Below are positions 1 through 8,930 of a stretch of 58,698 bases of DNA, one piece after another. Location of the stretch: the IMG/VR virus record IMGVR_UViG_3300043173_000778, positions 1 to 58,698 of that record. One strand, given 5' to 3'. The notes under the pieces were generated by a model. That model did no database searches, had not been told where the DNA came from, and worked only from the letters and a program-made list of their open reading frames with translations. Both the position numbers and the translations under genes were made by a program. The DNA comes from a virus (taxonomy: Duplodnaviria; Caudoviricetes). The stretch's first letter is position 1. The number at the start of each line of letters is the position of its first letter.

Positions 1-127
1 ATGGCTTCAGCTCATATTTTTTGTTCGGATCAGCGTTATGTTTCCGGAGCGCGGCGGGGTTTCGGTCAGTCAGAAAGCCCGCGCGGTTATCCCTGGACAT
101 TTCAATTAATTCTCTCATTTCCGGTAA
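1..127. repeat. Terminal direct repeat (copy 1), circular assembly overlap
   Basis: 1-127 is identical to 58572-58698; 127 is a common maximum assembler k-mer; an ORF reads through the join. Confidence 0.95.
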
Positions 128-289
128 ATGAAAAAATGCCTTTAGGCTTTTAATGCCGTTCATCACCACGACGCTATCTTGAATTGTATTTCGGCCCACG
201 CTTAATGCCTCGGCGCATTTTTCAACTGTTAAGTCGAATTTTTCAACCCATGCGTCGGGAATTATTATATCCCGTGTTACTCCTGTCAT
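1..289 (-). CDS. N-terminal part of the gene spanning the circular join (continues into 57826..58571); ~344 aa, possible ssDNA-annealing protein
   Basis: ATG at 289 with AGGAG RBS; open frame MTGVTRDIIIPDAWVEKF...FHLPE joins in frame to MRELIEM of ORF 57826..58689. Confidence 0.8.
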   Translation of the reverse strand, partial: MTGVTRDIIIPDAWVEKFDLTVEKCAEALSVGRNTIQDSVVVMNGIKSLKAFFHLPEMRELIEMSRDNRAGFLTDRNPAALRKHNADPNKKYELKP

Positions 290-360
290 ATTTTACTCCT
301 TAAATTAATTAAATTGATCCTCAGATCATTTTGCTAATTTCTCCACCAACAGCGTTTTGA

Positions 361-618
361 TCATTCTGGCCTCCATGATCTTAAGGCGCAGGCTATCGCG
401 TCGTTGATGTCCTCAAACCATACTGAATTAAAATACCCCGCGAACCCTTTAAGAAAAACTCGCGTATGATGCGAGCGGACTTCGATTTTATCAATATCGT
501 AATCAACTCCAACCATAAGCAATCCGCCTGGGTCTTCGTGGCCGCCCCACTGGATTTGCTCTTTTGATGGAAATTTTTCAATAAATTTTACTTTTTTCAT
601 TCTGCTGGCTTCCCCCAT
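361..618 (-). CDS. hypothetical protein (likely start ATG 600, MKKVKF)
   Basis: ORF in leftward operon; start overlaps the upstream stop. Confidence 0.6.
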   Translation of the reverse strand: MGEASRMKKVKFIEKFPSKEQIQWGGHEDPGGLLMVGVDYDIDKIEVRSHHTRVFLKGFAGYFNSVWFEDINDAIACALRSWRPE

Positions 619-1565
619 CTATCGACTATCTGCTGCTCAGTAAATCCCGCGATCGGCTTGTCGGCTTCGACCCATTTCCAAATCTGTGGGATAGCGTCGT
701 CATAGCCCCGCGTTAAATCACCCAACGCGCCAACACTCAAAGCCTGCACATGCGCAATTTGCGGATCCCCGCTTTCCTGGATTAAATACCACATGACCGG
801 ATGCGAAATCATATTTTTTTCAGCGCAATACCTCGCAAATCCCTCCACGTAATGTTTTGACTGCCAGACGTATCGATATTTCCAGTTTTTCGTAAAACTC
901 AGCCAATTGGCAGTTACTTTTAAATCAAACGGAATAGCGTAACGGTCGTTTTCTAAATTCCATTTCCAAATCATATCAAATTTGGCCCGACACTCCGCTC
1001 CGCTCTCATGTTTCCAGAAATATTCGACCTGAAATTCAACATCCATCCAGCGCGTCATCCAATCCGACAGACTGCGAGCGATGCCGCCGACCTCAAACGG
1101 ACACGCCTTGAACCGCTCCAACATAATCATGAGCTTTTTCCAGATCGGATCGGGAATCGGCCGCCGGTAATCATGCGCGGCAATCTCTTTGAGACATTCA
1201 TTGCGATTTGCGTATGTCCCGTTCCATTCGCCGTCGTCTTTGAGGACGTAACCGTTTTTAATATCCTCCGCTATATTGTCGCCGTCCAGAATTTCAAAAA
1301 TGTCCTTTAAATCCTTCCTGGAAGTTTCCGGGAAACTTTTAATCGAAGAATGAAAATATTTATCAGAGAAAACTGATTTTCCAGAAAACTCCTCCTCGAC
1401 AAAATCTTCAAACATCTTGCCGACCTCCATGAAACCGGTCGGCTTGATGGGAACCGTTGCCAGGTCCAAGCAAAGCTGGAGCGGCTCGGTTCCCGCGATA
1501 ACCGTTCCTAGAATCGAGCTTCCAATTGCCGGCGAGGCGAAATACTTTTGCTCTGATTTACTCAT
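597..1565 (-). CDS. PD-(D/E)XK exonuclease, RecE/ExoVIII C-terminal (DUF3799)-like
   Basis: IGSS start, EVEYFW...ECRAKFD...DLKVT...Y.WQ..HY pattern typical of phage ExoVIII-like nucleases. Confidence 0.7.
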   Translation of the reverse strand: MSKSEQKYFASPAIGSSILGTVIAGTEPLQLCLDLATVPIKPTGFMEVGKMFEDFVEEEFSGKSVFSDKYFHSSIKSFPETSRKDLKDIFEILDGDNIAEDIKNGYVLKDDGEWNGTYANRNECLKEIAAHDYRRPIPDPIWKKLMIMLERFKACPFEVGGIARSLSDWMTRWMDVEFQVEYFWKHESGAECRAKFDMIWKWNLENDRYAIPFDLKVTANWLSFTKNWKYRYVWQSKHYVEGFARYCAEKNMISHPVMWYLIQESGDPQIAHVQALSVGALGDLTRGYDDAIPQIWKWVEADKPIAGFTEQQIVDRWGKPAE

Positions 1566-1902
1566 TTACAAACTCCCAACTTCCGTCCACTTTTTTAGAC
1601 ATCCACACTTCATGAGCTTTTTTCATGATGGCTTCTATTTCTTCGTCCGTAGCATTGTCGCGAACTTTTATTTCAACGTATTCATCATGCTCATATCCTT
1701 CGTGCATGTGAAATTGTACATTTTTGATCATATAAGCACTTTTAAACACCGCATTTTTAAACGGTCTATATTCACGCGCTTTCGCCAAAGCCTTAATCGC
1801 GCTCATTACGTTTGTGAAATTTTCCGCTTTTTCCTCCCTAAGCGTTCGCGTCTTTCCTGATTTATCCGCAATCCAAACTCCGCTTCCAAGCTCTACTTTC
1901 AT
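1558..1902 (-). CDS. hypothetical protein
   Basis: ORF with GGAG RBS, coupled to neighbours. Confidence 0.6.
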   Translation of the reverse strand: MKVELGSGVWIADKSGKTRTLREEKAENFTNVMSAIKALAKAREYRPFKNAVFKSAYMIKNVQFHMHEGYEHDEYVEIKVRDNATDEEIEAIMKKAHEVWMSKKVDGSWEFVNE

Positions 1903-1942
1903 CTTACTCCAATCTTTTCCTTAATATACTCTTTATCAGTCA

Positions 1943-2230
1943 TTACAAATCCTCAAATTCTTTTTCAAGATTAGTGATTGATTTTTTATATTCTTCAATG
2001 CACTCCTTAAGCCATGTTTTAATTTTGCTGCAGGGAATCGGAAATACCACGCGACATACATGTTTATCAAATGACACGATATCCCATGCAGGGTCATACC
2101 CAACAGTGGGTAAATTTTTGGAATAGAGCGCCTCAGCATCGTGATAAGATTTGGCATCCGATAAAGCTTTTTTTAATTTTTCACAAAGCGCTCTATTTCG
2201 CTCTGCCTTCTGATGGACTTCTTTATTCAT
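1943..2230 (-). CDS. hypothetical protein
   Basis: ORF; ATGA overlap with upstream gene. Confidence 0.6.
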   Translation of the reverse strand: MNKEVHQKAERNRALCEKLKKALSDAKSYHDAEALYSKNLPTVGYDPAWDIVSFDKHVCRVVFPIPCSKIKTWLKECIEEYKKSITNLEKEFEDL

Positions 2231-2706
2231 TTTTTTATTCCCAACCTTTTCCTCAATTTTTCCGCCGCATACTCCTGGCAGTCAGCGATAAATTTTGTAT
2301 CAATTACTTTATCAAATTCCTTCCCGAAAATGTCTAAATTATCCGACAGCACTTTCTTTAACATCCGAGTAAAAACGCTTTCGTCGCTATCCCATTTTTT
2401 AGGAAGAAAGTTCGCCTCTTTTTTGAACTTTTCAACGAGACGTTTTCTTATAGTGAATTTTCCTTCTGATTTTCCCCATTTATCGACCTCTTCAAATTCC
2501 TGATCAAGGCCAACTTCAACTATTTCTTCTATTCGGTTTTTGACACAGAGATCGATTTTTTCCTTAACGCCGTCATTAATAACAGACATAACAGCCTCTT
2601 CAATTCTTTCGTCGATGGATTCGCTCATCTGCTCCACAATATCCTTGAGAAGCATATCCATAAATTCTTTATTATCCGTCAATTTTTCAATGTCAATTTT
2701 GAACAT
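2227..2706 (-). CDS. hypothetical protein
   Basis: 159-aa ORF with AGGAG RBS. Confidence 0.7.
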   Translation of the reverse strand: MFKIDIEKLTDNKEFMDMLLKDIVEQMSESIDERIEEAVMSVINDGVKEKIDLCVKNRIEEIVEVGLDQEFEEVDKWGKSEGKFTIRKRLVEKFKKEANFLPKKWDSDESVFTRMLKKVLSDNLDIFGKEFDKVIDTKFIADCQEYAAEKLRKRLGIKK

Positions 2707-2715
2707 CTTTCTCCT

Positions 2716-3063
2716 TCATAAATTTAGTTTTGCCATGATTTCATTTTGTAATTGCTGGATAATTTTAATGCGGTCATCAGCGACGGGTTTGAAATATTTT
2801 TCTAAAAATTTACCCCTCCAAACTGTCAAATTATTATCAATAGGTTGACGGAGAAAATAGCATCCTTTTGAAAAATAAAGTTTCGTCCCGTCCTTATGCG
2901 CTATATATTGCCTTTTTACATACCGTTCCTTAAATATAGACAATGTTTTTTCCGAAAAAAATTTAACTCCAAATTTATCAACTATTTTATTTGTGCCTTC
3001 AATACTGCCGTCCCATTTCTCGGCGTCTATTATAAATCCGCCGCTGTTTATGTAATACGTCAT
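2716..3063 (-). CDS. hypothetical protein
   Basis: ORF; ATGA overlap. Confidence 0.6.
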   Translation of the reverse strand: MTYYINSGGFIIDAEKWDGSIEGTNKIVDKFGVKFFSEKTLSIFKERYVKRQYIAHKDGTKLYFSKGCYFLRQPIDNNLTVWRGKFLEKYFKPVADDRIKIIQQLQNEIMAKLNL

Positions 3064-3233
3064 TTTTTCTTATCTTCTTGCTCCTTTTTCCATTTTATAA
3101 ATCCCACGTCGTTGTTAAACATCCAACGCGTGTAGTCGCATCCATTTTTGCGAGATTGCAGAAACCGATGGTGTTCGCCCGTAAGATTCAAATTAACTTT
3201 TTTTAAAACCTCTTCTTCGTATCCTTTTGGCAT
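3060..3233 (-). CDS. small hypothetical, possible DNA-binding protein (MPKGYEEE...)
   Basis: ATG at 3233 with AAGGGA RBS; first gene after leftward promoter. Confidence 0.5.
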   Translation of the reverse strand: MPKGYEEEVLKKVNLNLTGEHHRFLQSRKNGCDYTRWMFNNDVGFIKWKKEQEDKKK

Positions 3234-3268
3234 ATTTCCCTTTGTAAAATTTTTAACTAACAATCCCA

Positions 3269-3297
3269 ATACTAAATTTAGTAAATAAATTTGTCAA
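3269..3297 (-). promoter_or_regulatory. sigma70-type leftward promoter overlapping a 14-bp palindrome
   Basis: TTGACA (3297-3292), 17 nt, TAGTAT (3274-3269); palindrome TACTAAATTTAGTA at 3270-3283. Confidence 0.65.
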
Positions 3298-3343
3298 TCA
3301 TTATTTAAAGAAACTCGTGTTTATTTTTTTACTTAAAAACATG

Positions 3344-3371
3344 TTGACAAAATAACCTCAAAAAAAATAAT
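3344..3371 (+). promoter_or_regulatory. sigma70-type rightward promoter (divergent from the above)
   Basis: TTGACA 3344-3349, 16 nt, AATAAT. Confidence 0.5.
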
Positions 3372-3409
3372 CTGATTCCAGTGAACGATTTTTTAATTTT
3401 AACTGAGAG

Positions 3410-3595
3410 ATGAGAATGAGTAAATTTATAGCACGATTTTTTTTAATGACGCTGGCTATCATTCTGTGGGTTTTGATAATGATGTTAGGTTGGGGTTTGG
3501 AGCCTAAATCGTGGTGGTGGATAATAGGCGGCGGCGTGGGGATCAAAAGTCTTATTATTATTATGGAAATTTTAGTTAAAGTAGAAGAAAAATGA
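3410..3595 (+). CDS. small membrane protein (2 TM)
   Basis: two hydrophobic segments. Confidence 0.55.
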   Translation: MRMSKFIARFFLMTLAIILWVLIMMLGWGLEPKSWWWIIGGGVGIKSLIIIMEILVKVEEK

Positions 3596-3756
3596 TAATC
3601 ACAAAAAACCAAGAACTTTTAGCGGCGGCTAACGAAAAAGTCAGGCTCATGAACTCTGAGGACAAAGGCTTAAGGGGCAATATAATTGCCGCTCTGCTTT
3701 GTGTTGTGGTCGCGTTTGGCGTGTTTATGTTTGTGAAGCAAAAAATTGGATTTTAA
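3592..3756 (+). CDS. small membrane protein (not in ORF track; MIITKNQ...VKQKIGF)
   Basis: ATGA overlap with 3410..3595; C-terminal hydrophobic helix. Confidence 0.5.
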   Translation: MIITKNQELLAAANEKVRLMNSEDKGLRGNIIAALLCVVVAFGVFMFVKQKIGF

Positions 3757-3764
3757 GGAGTAAA

Positions 3765-3953
3765 ATGAAATTTGAATGGGAAAGAGTGGATAAGGACACT
3801 TGCAGAGCAAAAGTTTTCGGCGGCTGGCTTGTTAAGTGCTACGAAACATCGCATCAATACGATCACCGACAAGAAACATTCATCGAGTGGGGATGCACCA
3901 GCTCTGTGACTTTTATTCCCGACGTCAATCATGAATGGGAAATAGATAAATGA
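3765..3953 (+). CDS. hypothetical phage protein (MKFEWERV...RAKVFGGWLV)
   Basis: AAGGAG RBS before ATG 3765; RAKVxGGWLV...TFIPD motif is common in small phage proteins. Confidence 0.65.
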   Translation: MKFEWERVDKDTCRAKVFGGWLVKCYETSHQYDHRQETFIEWGCTSSVTFIPDVNHEWEIDK

Positions 3954-4285
3954 AAAAAATCGTAATCCTAACGCTTCTTATCTTGCTCGCAAAACCAGTT
4001 TACGCCGTATGTTGCGGTCCGTTCCTAGGTGGCATGTTTCCCGCTTACACAACATGCAAAGACGGTAAAAATAAATGGGGCTGCTGCGGAGCTTTACCTG
4101 GCTTCCTGGCGGGATGTTACGTGAGTTGCTGCCATTGTTCAGCTGGCTGCCGCAGGGGGACCGTTCCTGAATGCGAGAAAGCGTGTGACGACACTTATTC
4201 GATGTGTTCAGACGACTGTTTAGGGGAATCAGAGTGTTTGGAAAAGTGTCAGGACGAAAAACTAAACTGTTATCAGAGGTGCTGA
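3950..4285 (+). CDS. secreted cysteine-rich protein (18 Cys), Diedel-like pattern
   Basis: signal peptide MKKIVILTLLILLAKPVYA; CC..CxDG..CCG..C..CCxC..GCR. Confidence 0.7.
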   Translation: MKKIVILTLLILLAKPVYAVCCGPFLGGMFPAYTTCKDGKNKWGCCGALPGFLAGCYVSCCHCSAGCRRGTVPECEKACDDTYSMCSDDCLGESECLEKCQDEKLNCYQRC

Positions 4286-4286
4286 T

Positions 4287-4499
4287 ATGAGTGATTTTTT
4301 GAACCTTAGCGAATGTCGTAAAATTTTAAAAAATGGCGGCTGTATAGCTAAAATGGGCGTAGGCCAGCATATTGCTATGATTAGAGATTCAAAAGGGAAG
4401 CGCCCTGGGGGAATAAGAGAAAAAGACGCCAATTTTCTTATTAATGAGATGCGCATGGTCCCAAGCGAACGAGGCGGATTGATAGTAAAGCCGAAATGA
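4287..4499 (+). CDS. hypothetical protein
   Basis: ORF in operon. Confidence 0.5.
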   Translation: MSDFLNLSECRKILKNGGCIAKMGVGQHIAMIRDSKGKRPGGIREKDANFLINEMRMVPSERGGLIVKPK

Positions 4500-4540
4500 C
4501 GAAAAATTGAATTGTTATAATAAATACGAATAAAGGAAAT

Positions 4541-4723
4541 ATGAAACCGAAAACATTTGAAGAACGCGCCGATGCCGTTGATGAATTTTTAATAAAATTG
4601 CAAATATTGGCAAGCAAATATGACGTGATAATCGAAGGTGAAGGCTGCGGCCAGGCATATGTCGTTCATCACGAAGCGAGAAAAACTAAAATAATAAAAC
4701 CTATAAATTTAGCTCCGTTTTAA
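4541..4723 (+). CDS. hypothetical protein
   Basis: AAGGA RBS. Confidence 0.5.
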   Translation: MKPKTFEERADAVDEFLIKLQILASKYDVIIEGEGCGQAYVVHHEARKTKIIKPINLAPF

Positions 4724-4766
4724 ATAAAATGTAACCGACCAAAAAGAAATTAAACATAGAGAAAAA

Positions 4767-5393
4767 ATGAAAGACAAACTAATAGAGCTACTTGAGAAGT
4801 GCAGTACGTTAGAAAGCATATTGAGTGAAAAACGGGCCGAACTTGCAGAGTTTGAGAAAGAAAAAAAAGTTAATTATCCACCTGGATATTGGCCATACAG
4901 AGTGTTGGAAAATATATTGAGAGAAAAACAGGCTGAGCTTGCAGAACTTGAGAAAGAAAAAGATGTTGTTTATCCGCCCGGATATTGGAAGCCGGAGGAG
5001 GGAGAAATGTACCATACCTTTGACGATGATCGCTATCACTGGCGTAATGATAGCGCGGATAGATATAATTTAAATACAGGGAGAGTCTTTAAAACTACAG
5101 AGGAAGTCGAAAAAACAAACCCCCAGCAGGCAGCATATTCTGAGCTTATTCGGACAATTGCCGAGGTCAATCACAAAAATGGCCAGTGGAAGCCGGACTG
5201 GAAAAACAGAAATCAAGGCAAATGTTGTTTAATTTATAGTTGGGCGTTTCTCAAAGTAGACTATGGCCGTTCCTGTGTAATCCAGGCACAGCATAACCGC
5301 CTCTATTTTGCCGAAAAATCTTACCAAAAAATCCGGGACCGCCTCGGAGAAAAAACTATCAAATTAGCCCTGGGAATTGAAGATGACCGTTAG
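4767..5393 (+). CDS. hypothetical phage protein with tandem 32-aa duplication
   Basis: LESILSEKRAELAEFEKEKKVNYPPGYW / LENILREKQAELAELEKEKDVVYPPGYW. Confidence 0.7.
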   Translation: MKDKLIELLEKCSTLESILSEKRAELAEFEKEKKVNYPPGYWPYRVLENILREKQAELAELEKEKDVVYPPGYWKPEEGEMYHTFDDDRYHWRNDSADRYNLNTGRVFKTTEEVEKTNPQQAAYSELIRTIAEVNHKNGQWKPDWKNRNQGKCCLIYSWAFLKVDYGRSCVIQAQHNRLYFAEKSYQKIRDRLGEKTIKLALGIEDDR

Positions 5394-5838
5394 AAATCTA
5401 CTGGTAAAAACAAAACTTGAGGCTTTTCTGGACTGGCTCAAACAACAAGGCGAGATCATTGAGAAGCCGATAGGCTACCAAGTCGCGCGTTTTAGACTCA
5501 AAGGGCAAGAGAAGCCCCATTTTATTTACGACAATAACAGGAGTGTGCATCTATCATTCGAGGAACGAACCGCTCCAGTAGTCAGACGATTTTTAAGAGA
5601 ATCTAAAAATGGGTCAAAGGTGACGTTTAAACAGTTTGCCGTCCAAGTCCTAAGAGAAAAAGGCTATGACGGTCTCAAGTCGCCTTCAGACGACTGCTAT
5701 TGTTTACTAGATGATCTATTAAGGTGTGGATTTTCTTATTGCGCTGACTGTTTGCCTGGAAAAGCTGCATGCGTTGGAGACGGACCTGAATTTTACACAA
5801 CCATCGAATCGGAGGAACAAAATGATCGCAATATTTGA
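5383..5838 (+). CDS. hypothetical protein
   Basis: ORF; Cys-rich C-terminus. Confidence 0.55.
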   Translation: MTVRNLLVKTKLEAFLDWLKQQGEIIEKPIGYQVARFRLKGQEKPHFIYDNNRSVHLSFEERTAPVVRRFLRESKNGSKVTFKQFAVQVLREKGYDGLKSPSDDCYCLLDDLLRCGFSYCADCLPGKAACVGDGPEFYTTIESEEQNDRNI

Positions 5839-6292
5839 TTTAGACGACACCTTGTCTCTGACGAAGCACCGTCAACATTTTTTAAAAGAGAAACCCAAAA
5901 ATTGGGAAGATTTTACTGCGGCTTGCGTAAATGATAGGCCGAATATGCCTATCATTAATACGTTGCGATCATTGGCGCACAAAACCCATTCAATTTGCAT
6001 AATTAGCGGACGCTCAGAGAGTGTCAGGCGGGAAACTGTTAGCTGGTTGAACACATACAGGATTAGAGGGGGGATAGAGTACGACGTGCTATATATGCGG
6101 CCGCTCAATGATTTCAGAGACGACCGAGAGGTTAAAAAAGAACAATTCGGTAAGGCGGTGGAGGCGTATCGAAGTCGATCGATTACGCCGTGTAACGAGG
6201 ATTTTATTATCTTTGACGACCGGCAAAAAGTCGTAGATATGTGGCGCGAAATGGGCCTGACTTGTTGTCAGGTTGCGAAAGGAGATTTTTAA
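5822..6292 (+). CDS. HAD-family phosphatase, polynucleotide kinase 3'-phosphatase-like
   Basis: IFDLDDTL, SGR, LYMRP..D.R.D..VK, FDDRQKVVDMWREMGL.C.QV; GGAGG RBS before ATG 5822. Confidence 0.9.
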   Translation: MIAIFDLDDTLSLTKHRQHFLKEKPKNWEDFTAACVNDRPNMPIINTLRSLAHKTHSICIISGRSESVRRETVSWLNTYRIRGGIEYDVLYMRPLNDFRDDREVKKEQFGKAVEAYRSRSITPCNEDFIIFDDRQKVVDMWREMGLTCCQVAKGDF

Positions 6293-6312
6293 ACTTTAAC
6301 CAAAAAGAATAA

Positions 6313-6453
6313 ATGAAAAAAATAATCATGCGTTGCACGTATTGCTACAAACCAGTTGAGGTCGAGGAGAATAGCCCCGAACACGAAAGAAAAAATATGG
6401 TTTTTTGTTGCGAAGAATGTAGGCAGGCAATGTATTTTTTCAGAGGGAAATAA
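6313..6453 (+). CDS. small Cys-rich (Zn-binding) protein, not in ORF track
   Basis: MKKIIMRCTYCYKP...FCCEECRQ. Confidence 0.5.
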   Translation: MKKIIMRCTYCYKPVEVEENSPEHERKNMVFCCEECRQAMYFFRGK

Positions 6454-6641
6454 TGGATTGCATAATCAGGATAAACAAAGACACATGGGAAGCTCCGTGG
6501 TGGGGCGATCCCGGCATGACCGCAAAAAGGGAAAACGCCAAAATTTACGAGAGCAAAAAAGAGGCTCAGATAGTCGCGGATAAACTGATAAAAGAGGGCT
6601 ACAAGGAGACTAAGGTAGAAAAATATGGAATCTTATCTTGA
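6453..6641 (+). CDS. hypothetical protein
   Basis: ORF with GAGGG RBS. Confidence 0.55.
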   Translation: MDCIIRINKDTWEAPWWGDPGMTAKRENAKIYESKKEAQIVADKLIKEGYKETKVEKYGILS

Positions 6642-7422
6642 GGATACGCTGGTCGCTGACACGCTGCAATTTATCCGCGATAACCTAAAAGACAAAGGTA
6701 AAATTTTTGTCGGTTTTTCTGGTGGCAAGGATTCGATTGTGACGGCGGCTTTGATGAAAGAGTCCGGCGTGGATCATCAGCTATATTATTCAGCCACCGG
6801 CATTGATCCGCCGGAAGTGGTCAAGTTTATCCGCCGCAACTACCCAAAGTGTAAATTTTTGCGGCCCAAAAGAACGTTTTGGCATTCTATGCTGACAAAA
6901 AATCCGCCGGCTAATTTCAGCCGCTGGTGTTGAGAAAAGCTCAAAAAAGAGCCGAGTTATCGGATCAAAATCAAACATAGAGTTTTTGGAATTCGGGCTG
7001 AAGAAGGCAGCAAAAGAAGCCAATACAGGGAAATTGAATATTATAAGAAAAAACAGCATTGGCGTTACTATCCCATTTTGAGCTGGAATGAGGGGGAAAT
7101 TTGGGAATATATCGACGACAATAAACTCGCCTATCCTAAACTTTATGATGACGGCCTTAGCCGCATAGGATGTGTAATTTGCTCCTTCCATTCCACCGCC
7201 AATGGAGTCGGGCATAATTTTTACCGCAAACGCTGGCCGAAGTTTTTTGAACGATTTGAGAAAAAATGTAGGGAGTGGTACGAAAAACGACAGGCTCAGG
7301 GGAGGGAAATGTTTTTCGACACACCGGAGGAGTTTATCAGCGAATGGTATAAGGGCAATGTCCAATGGTATAAACGTCAAGAATCACAAACCGATCAAAT
7401 GAATTTTGAGGACTTTGAATGA
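6625..7422 (+). CDS. PAPS/APS-reductase-family protein with in-frame TGA (6931-6933) at RWC(U); putative selenoprotein, 265 aa
   Basis: FSGGKDS PP-loop, TGIDPPEV, RWC*EKLK, GIRAEEGSKR, YPILSW, RIGCVIC all in one frame; ORF track splits it into 6625..6933 and 7078..7422. Confidence 0.85.
6949..6966 (+). promoter_or_regulatory. candidate bacterial SECIS upper stem-loop
   Basis: GA-G-CCGA[GTTA]TCGG-A-TC; apical loop starts with G(U) 22 nt after the UGA. Confidence 0.5.
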
Positions 7423-7934
7423 AACTATACACCACTTTGCGGATGATGGCAGAATTTAGCCACCGGCACAGTGAATTAAATAATCCACGCTTAGAGCGCC
7501 TGATTAACTCTCTAAGCGTGGATTGGTCGGCAGATGAGCTAATTGATCTCGTATCTATTTTGGAATTTTCTGGGGTGAACAACTGCCTTTGGGCGCTTAG
7601 AACGATTTTTAATAAAAAAGCGTTATGCCATCGGATAATTATAAAATTTAAATTAGCTCTGGCTAAAAAACATTTACCAAATTACGAAAAGAATTATCCA
7701 AAAAATACAGGCCCGCGTGAATGCTTGGATTTGATTCAGAGATGGATTATTAATCCAGGGGAAATTTCGGATAAAAATTTAATAAACGCCGCAAAGAAAG
7801 ACGCCGCGTTTGCCGCAGGCGTCGCCTTTGATGTTGTTTATATAGATGAGGCTATATATCGCGCTGATGTTGTTGATGTTAGTTATCAAGATTGGCAAAA
7901 ACAGAAATTAAAAGAATGTCTTGAGGGACTTTGA
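7419..7934 (+). CDS. hypothetical protein (Imm5-like helical region)
   Basis: SILEFSG...CLWALR...LPNYEKNYP...PRECL pattern seen in phage Imm5-like proteins. Confidence 0.55.
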   Translation: MKLYTTLRMMAEFSHRHSELNNPRLERLINSLSVDWSADELIDLVSILEFSGVNNCLWALRTIFNKKALCHRIIIKFKLALAKKHLPNYEKNYPKNTGPRECLDLIQRWIINPGEISDKNLINAAKKDAAFAAGVAFDVVYIDEAIYRADVVDVSYQDWQKQKLKECLEGL

Positions 7935-8234
7935 ATGAAATCTAAAAAATATCCATACAAAGACGGATTCGCCACAGTGCTGGAAATATCAGCGGATACC
8001 GGAATAAAAAGAATCACTCTATACAGGCGTTTGCAGGCGGTAGGCGGCGTTATGAGTGAAGAAATACTTACCCCGCCAACCGGCCCAGGCGCTCATGTAA
8101 AATTATGCTGCTCTGAGGGAACGCCCCTTATTGACATTGCTCGCCGCAAGGGTCTCTGTATTTCAACAGTAATGTCACGGTATGCGCGGGGGTATCGCTC
8201 GAAGTGGCAGCTCGGAGCCAAAGTCAATAAATGA
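7935..8234 (+). CDS. tandem-HTH DNA-binding protein
   Basis: EISADTGIKRITLYRRL and DIARRKGLCISTVMSRYARG. Confidence 0.6.
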   Translation: MKSKKYPYKDGFATVLEISADTGIKRITLYRRLQAVGGVMSEEILTPPTGPGAHVKLCCSEGTPLIDIARRKGLCISTVMSRYARGYRSKWQLGAKVNK

Positions 8235-8929
8235 AACCTTATTATGAATCGGAGCGCGGAAAGTTCTATTTAGGAGACTGCCTGGAAATTATGCCGCAAC
8301 TTCAAGATAGATTCGATTTATGTTTTACGGATCCGCCATATGGAATTGGTGAGGCGGCGGGAAAAAGTAAATCCAGGGGTAATTTTACCAAGAAAAAGAC
8401 CGAGAAAAACCCAAAAGGGACTCCGATTAAATCTATTGATTATGGCAATTCTCCTTGGGATAACAAAATACCCGATAAAGCCGTTTTTGATCTGATTTTC
8501 AGTCTCTCAGATAATCAAATAATTTTCGGCGGAAACTATTTTGTTGAGTATCTCAAAAATAGTCCTTGCTGGATTGTTTGGGACAAGGATAATACTGGGG
8601 ATTTTGCGGACGCTGAACTTATTTATACATCTTTTAAAACGGCTGTCAGGATATTCAAATTTCGCTGGAATGGGATGCTGCAGCAGGATATGAAACACAA
8701 AGAAAAACGTTATCATCCTACTCAGAAGCCGGTCAAGCTTTGCGAAAATATTTTAAGCCAATATTCAGAGGCTGCCCAATCCATTTTAGACCCGTTTGCC
8801 GGCGTCGGCTCTTTGGTAGTTGCGGCCGAAGGACTAGGTCATCCCTGGGTTGCCTGCGAACGCGAGGAGGCATATTGTGAGATCGCCGCTAAAAGAATTG
8901 AAGAGGCTGCCACTCAGATGAGATTTTAA
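8231..8929 (+). CDS. DNA N6-adenine/N4-cytosine methyltransferase, beta class
   Basis: GDCLE, TDPPY, HPTQKP, ILDPFAGVG. Confidence 0.92.
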   Translation: MKPYYESERGKFYLGDCLEIMPQLQDRFDLCFTDPPYGIGEAAGKSKSRGNFTKKKTEKNPKGTPIKSIDYGNSPWDNKIPDKAVFDLIFSLSDNQIIFGGNYFVEYLKNSPCWIVWDKDNTGDFADAELIYTSFKTAVRIFKFRWNGMLQQDMKHKEKRYHPTQKPVKLCENILSQYSEAAQSILDPFAGVGSLVVAAEGLGHPWVACEREEAYCEIAAKRIEEAATQMRF

Positions 8930-8930
8930 A

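Noticed and set aside
1-127. Terminal repeat as biological phage DTR
   Set aside because: Exactly 127 bp and falls mid-gene; best explained as assembler circular overlap
4283-4294. TGA after the Cys-rich protein as a second Sec codon
   Set aside because: Cys count is already even (18), another TGA follows after two codons, and the next gene starts at 4287
4767-5000. Tandem 96-bp duplication as a regulatory repeat
   Set aside because: In-frame intragenic duplication of a coiled-coil segment; ordinary
6931-6933. Genome-wide TGA reassignment (code 4/25)
   Set aside because: Many genes end in TGA with ATGA-coupled neighbours and core genes are intact under code 11; only this TGA interrupts a conserved domain
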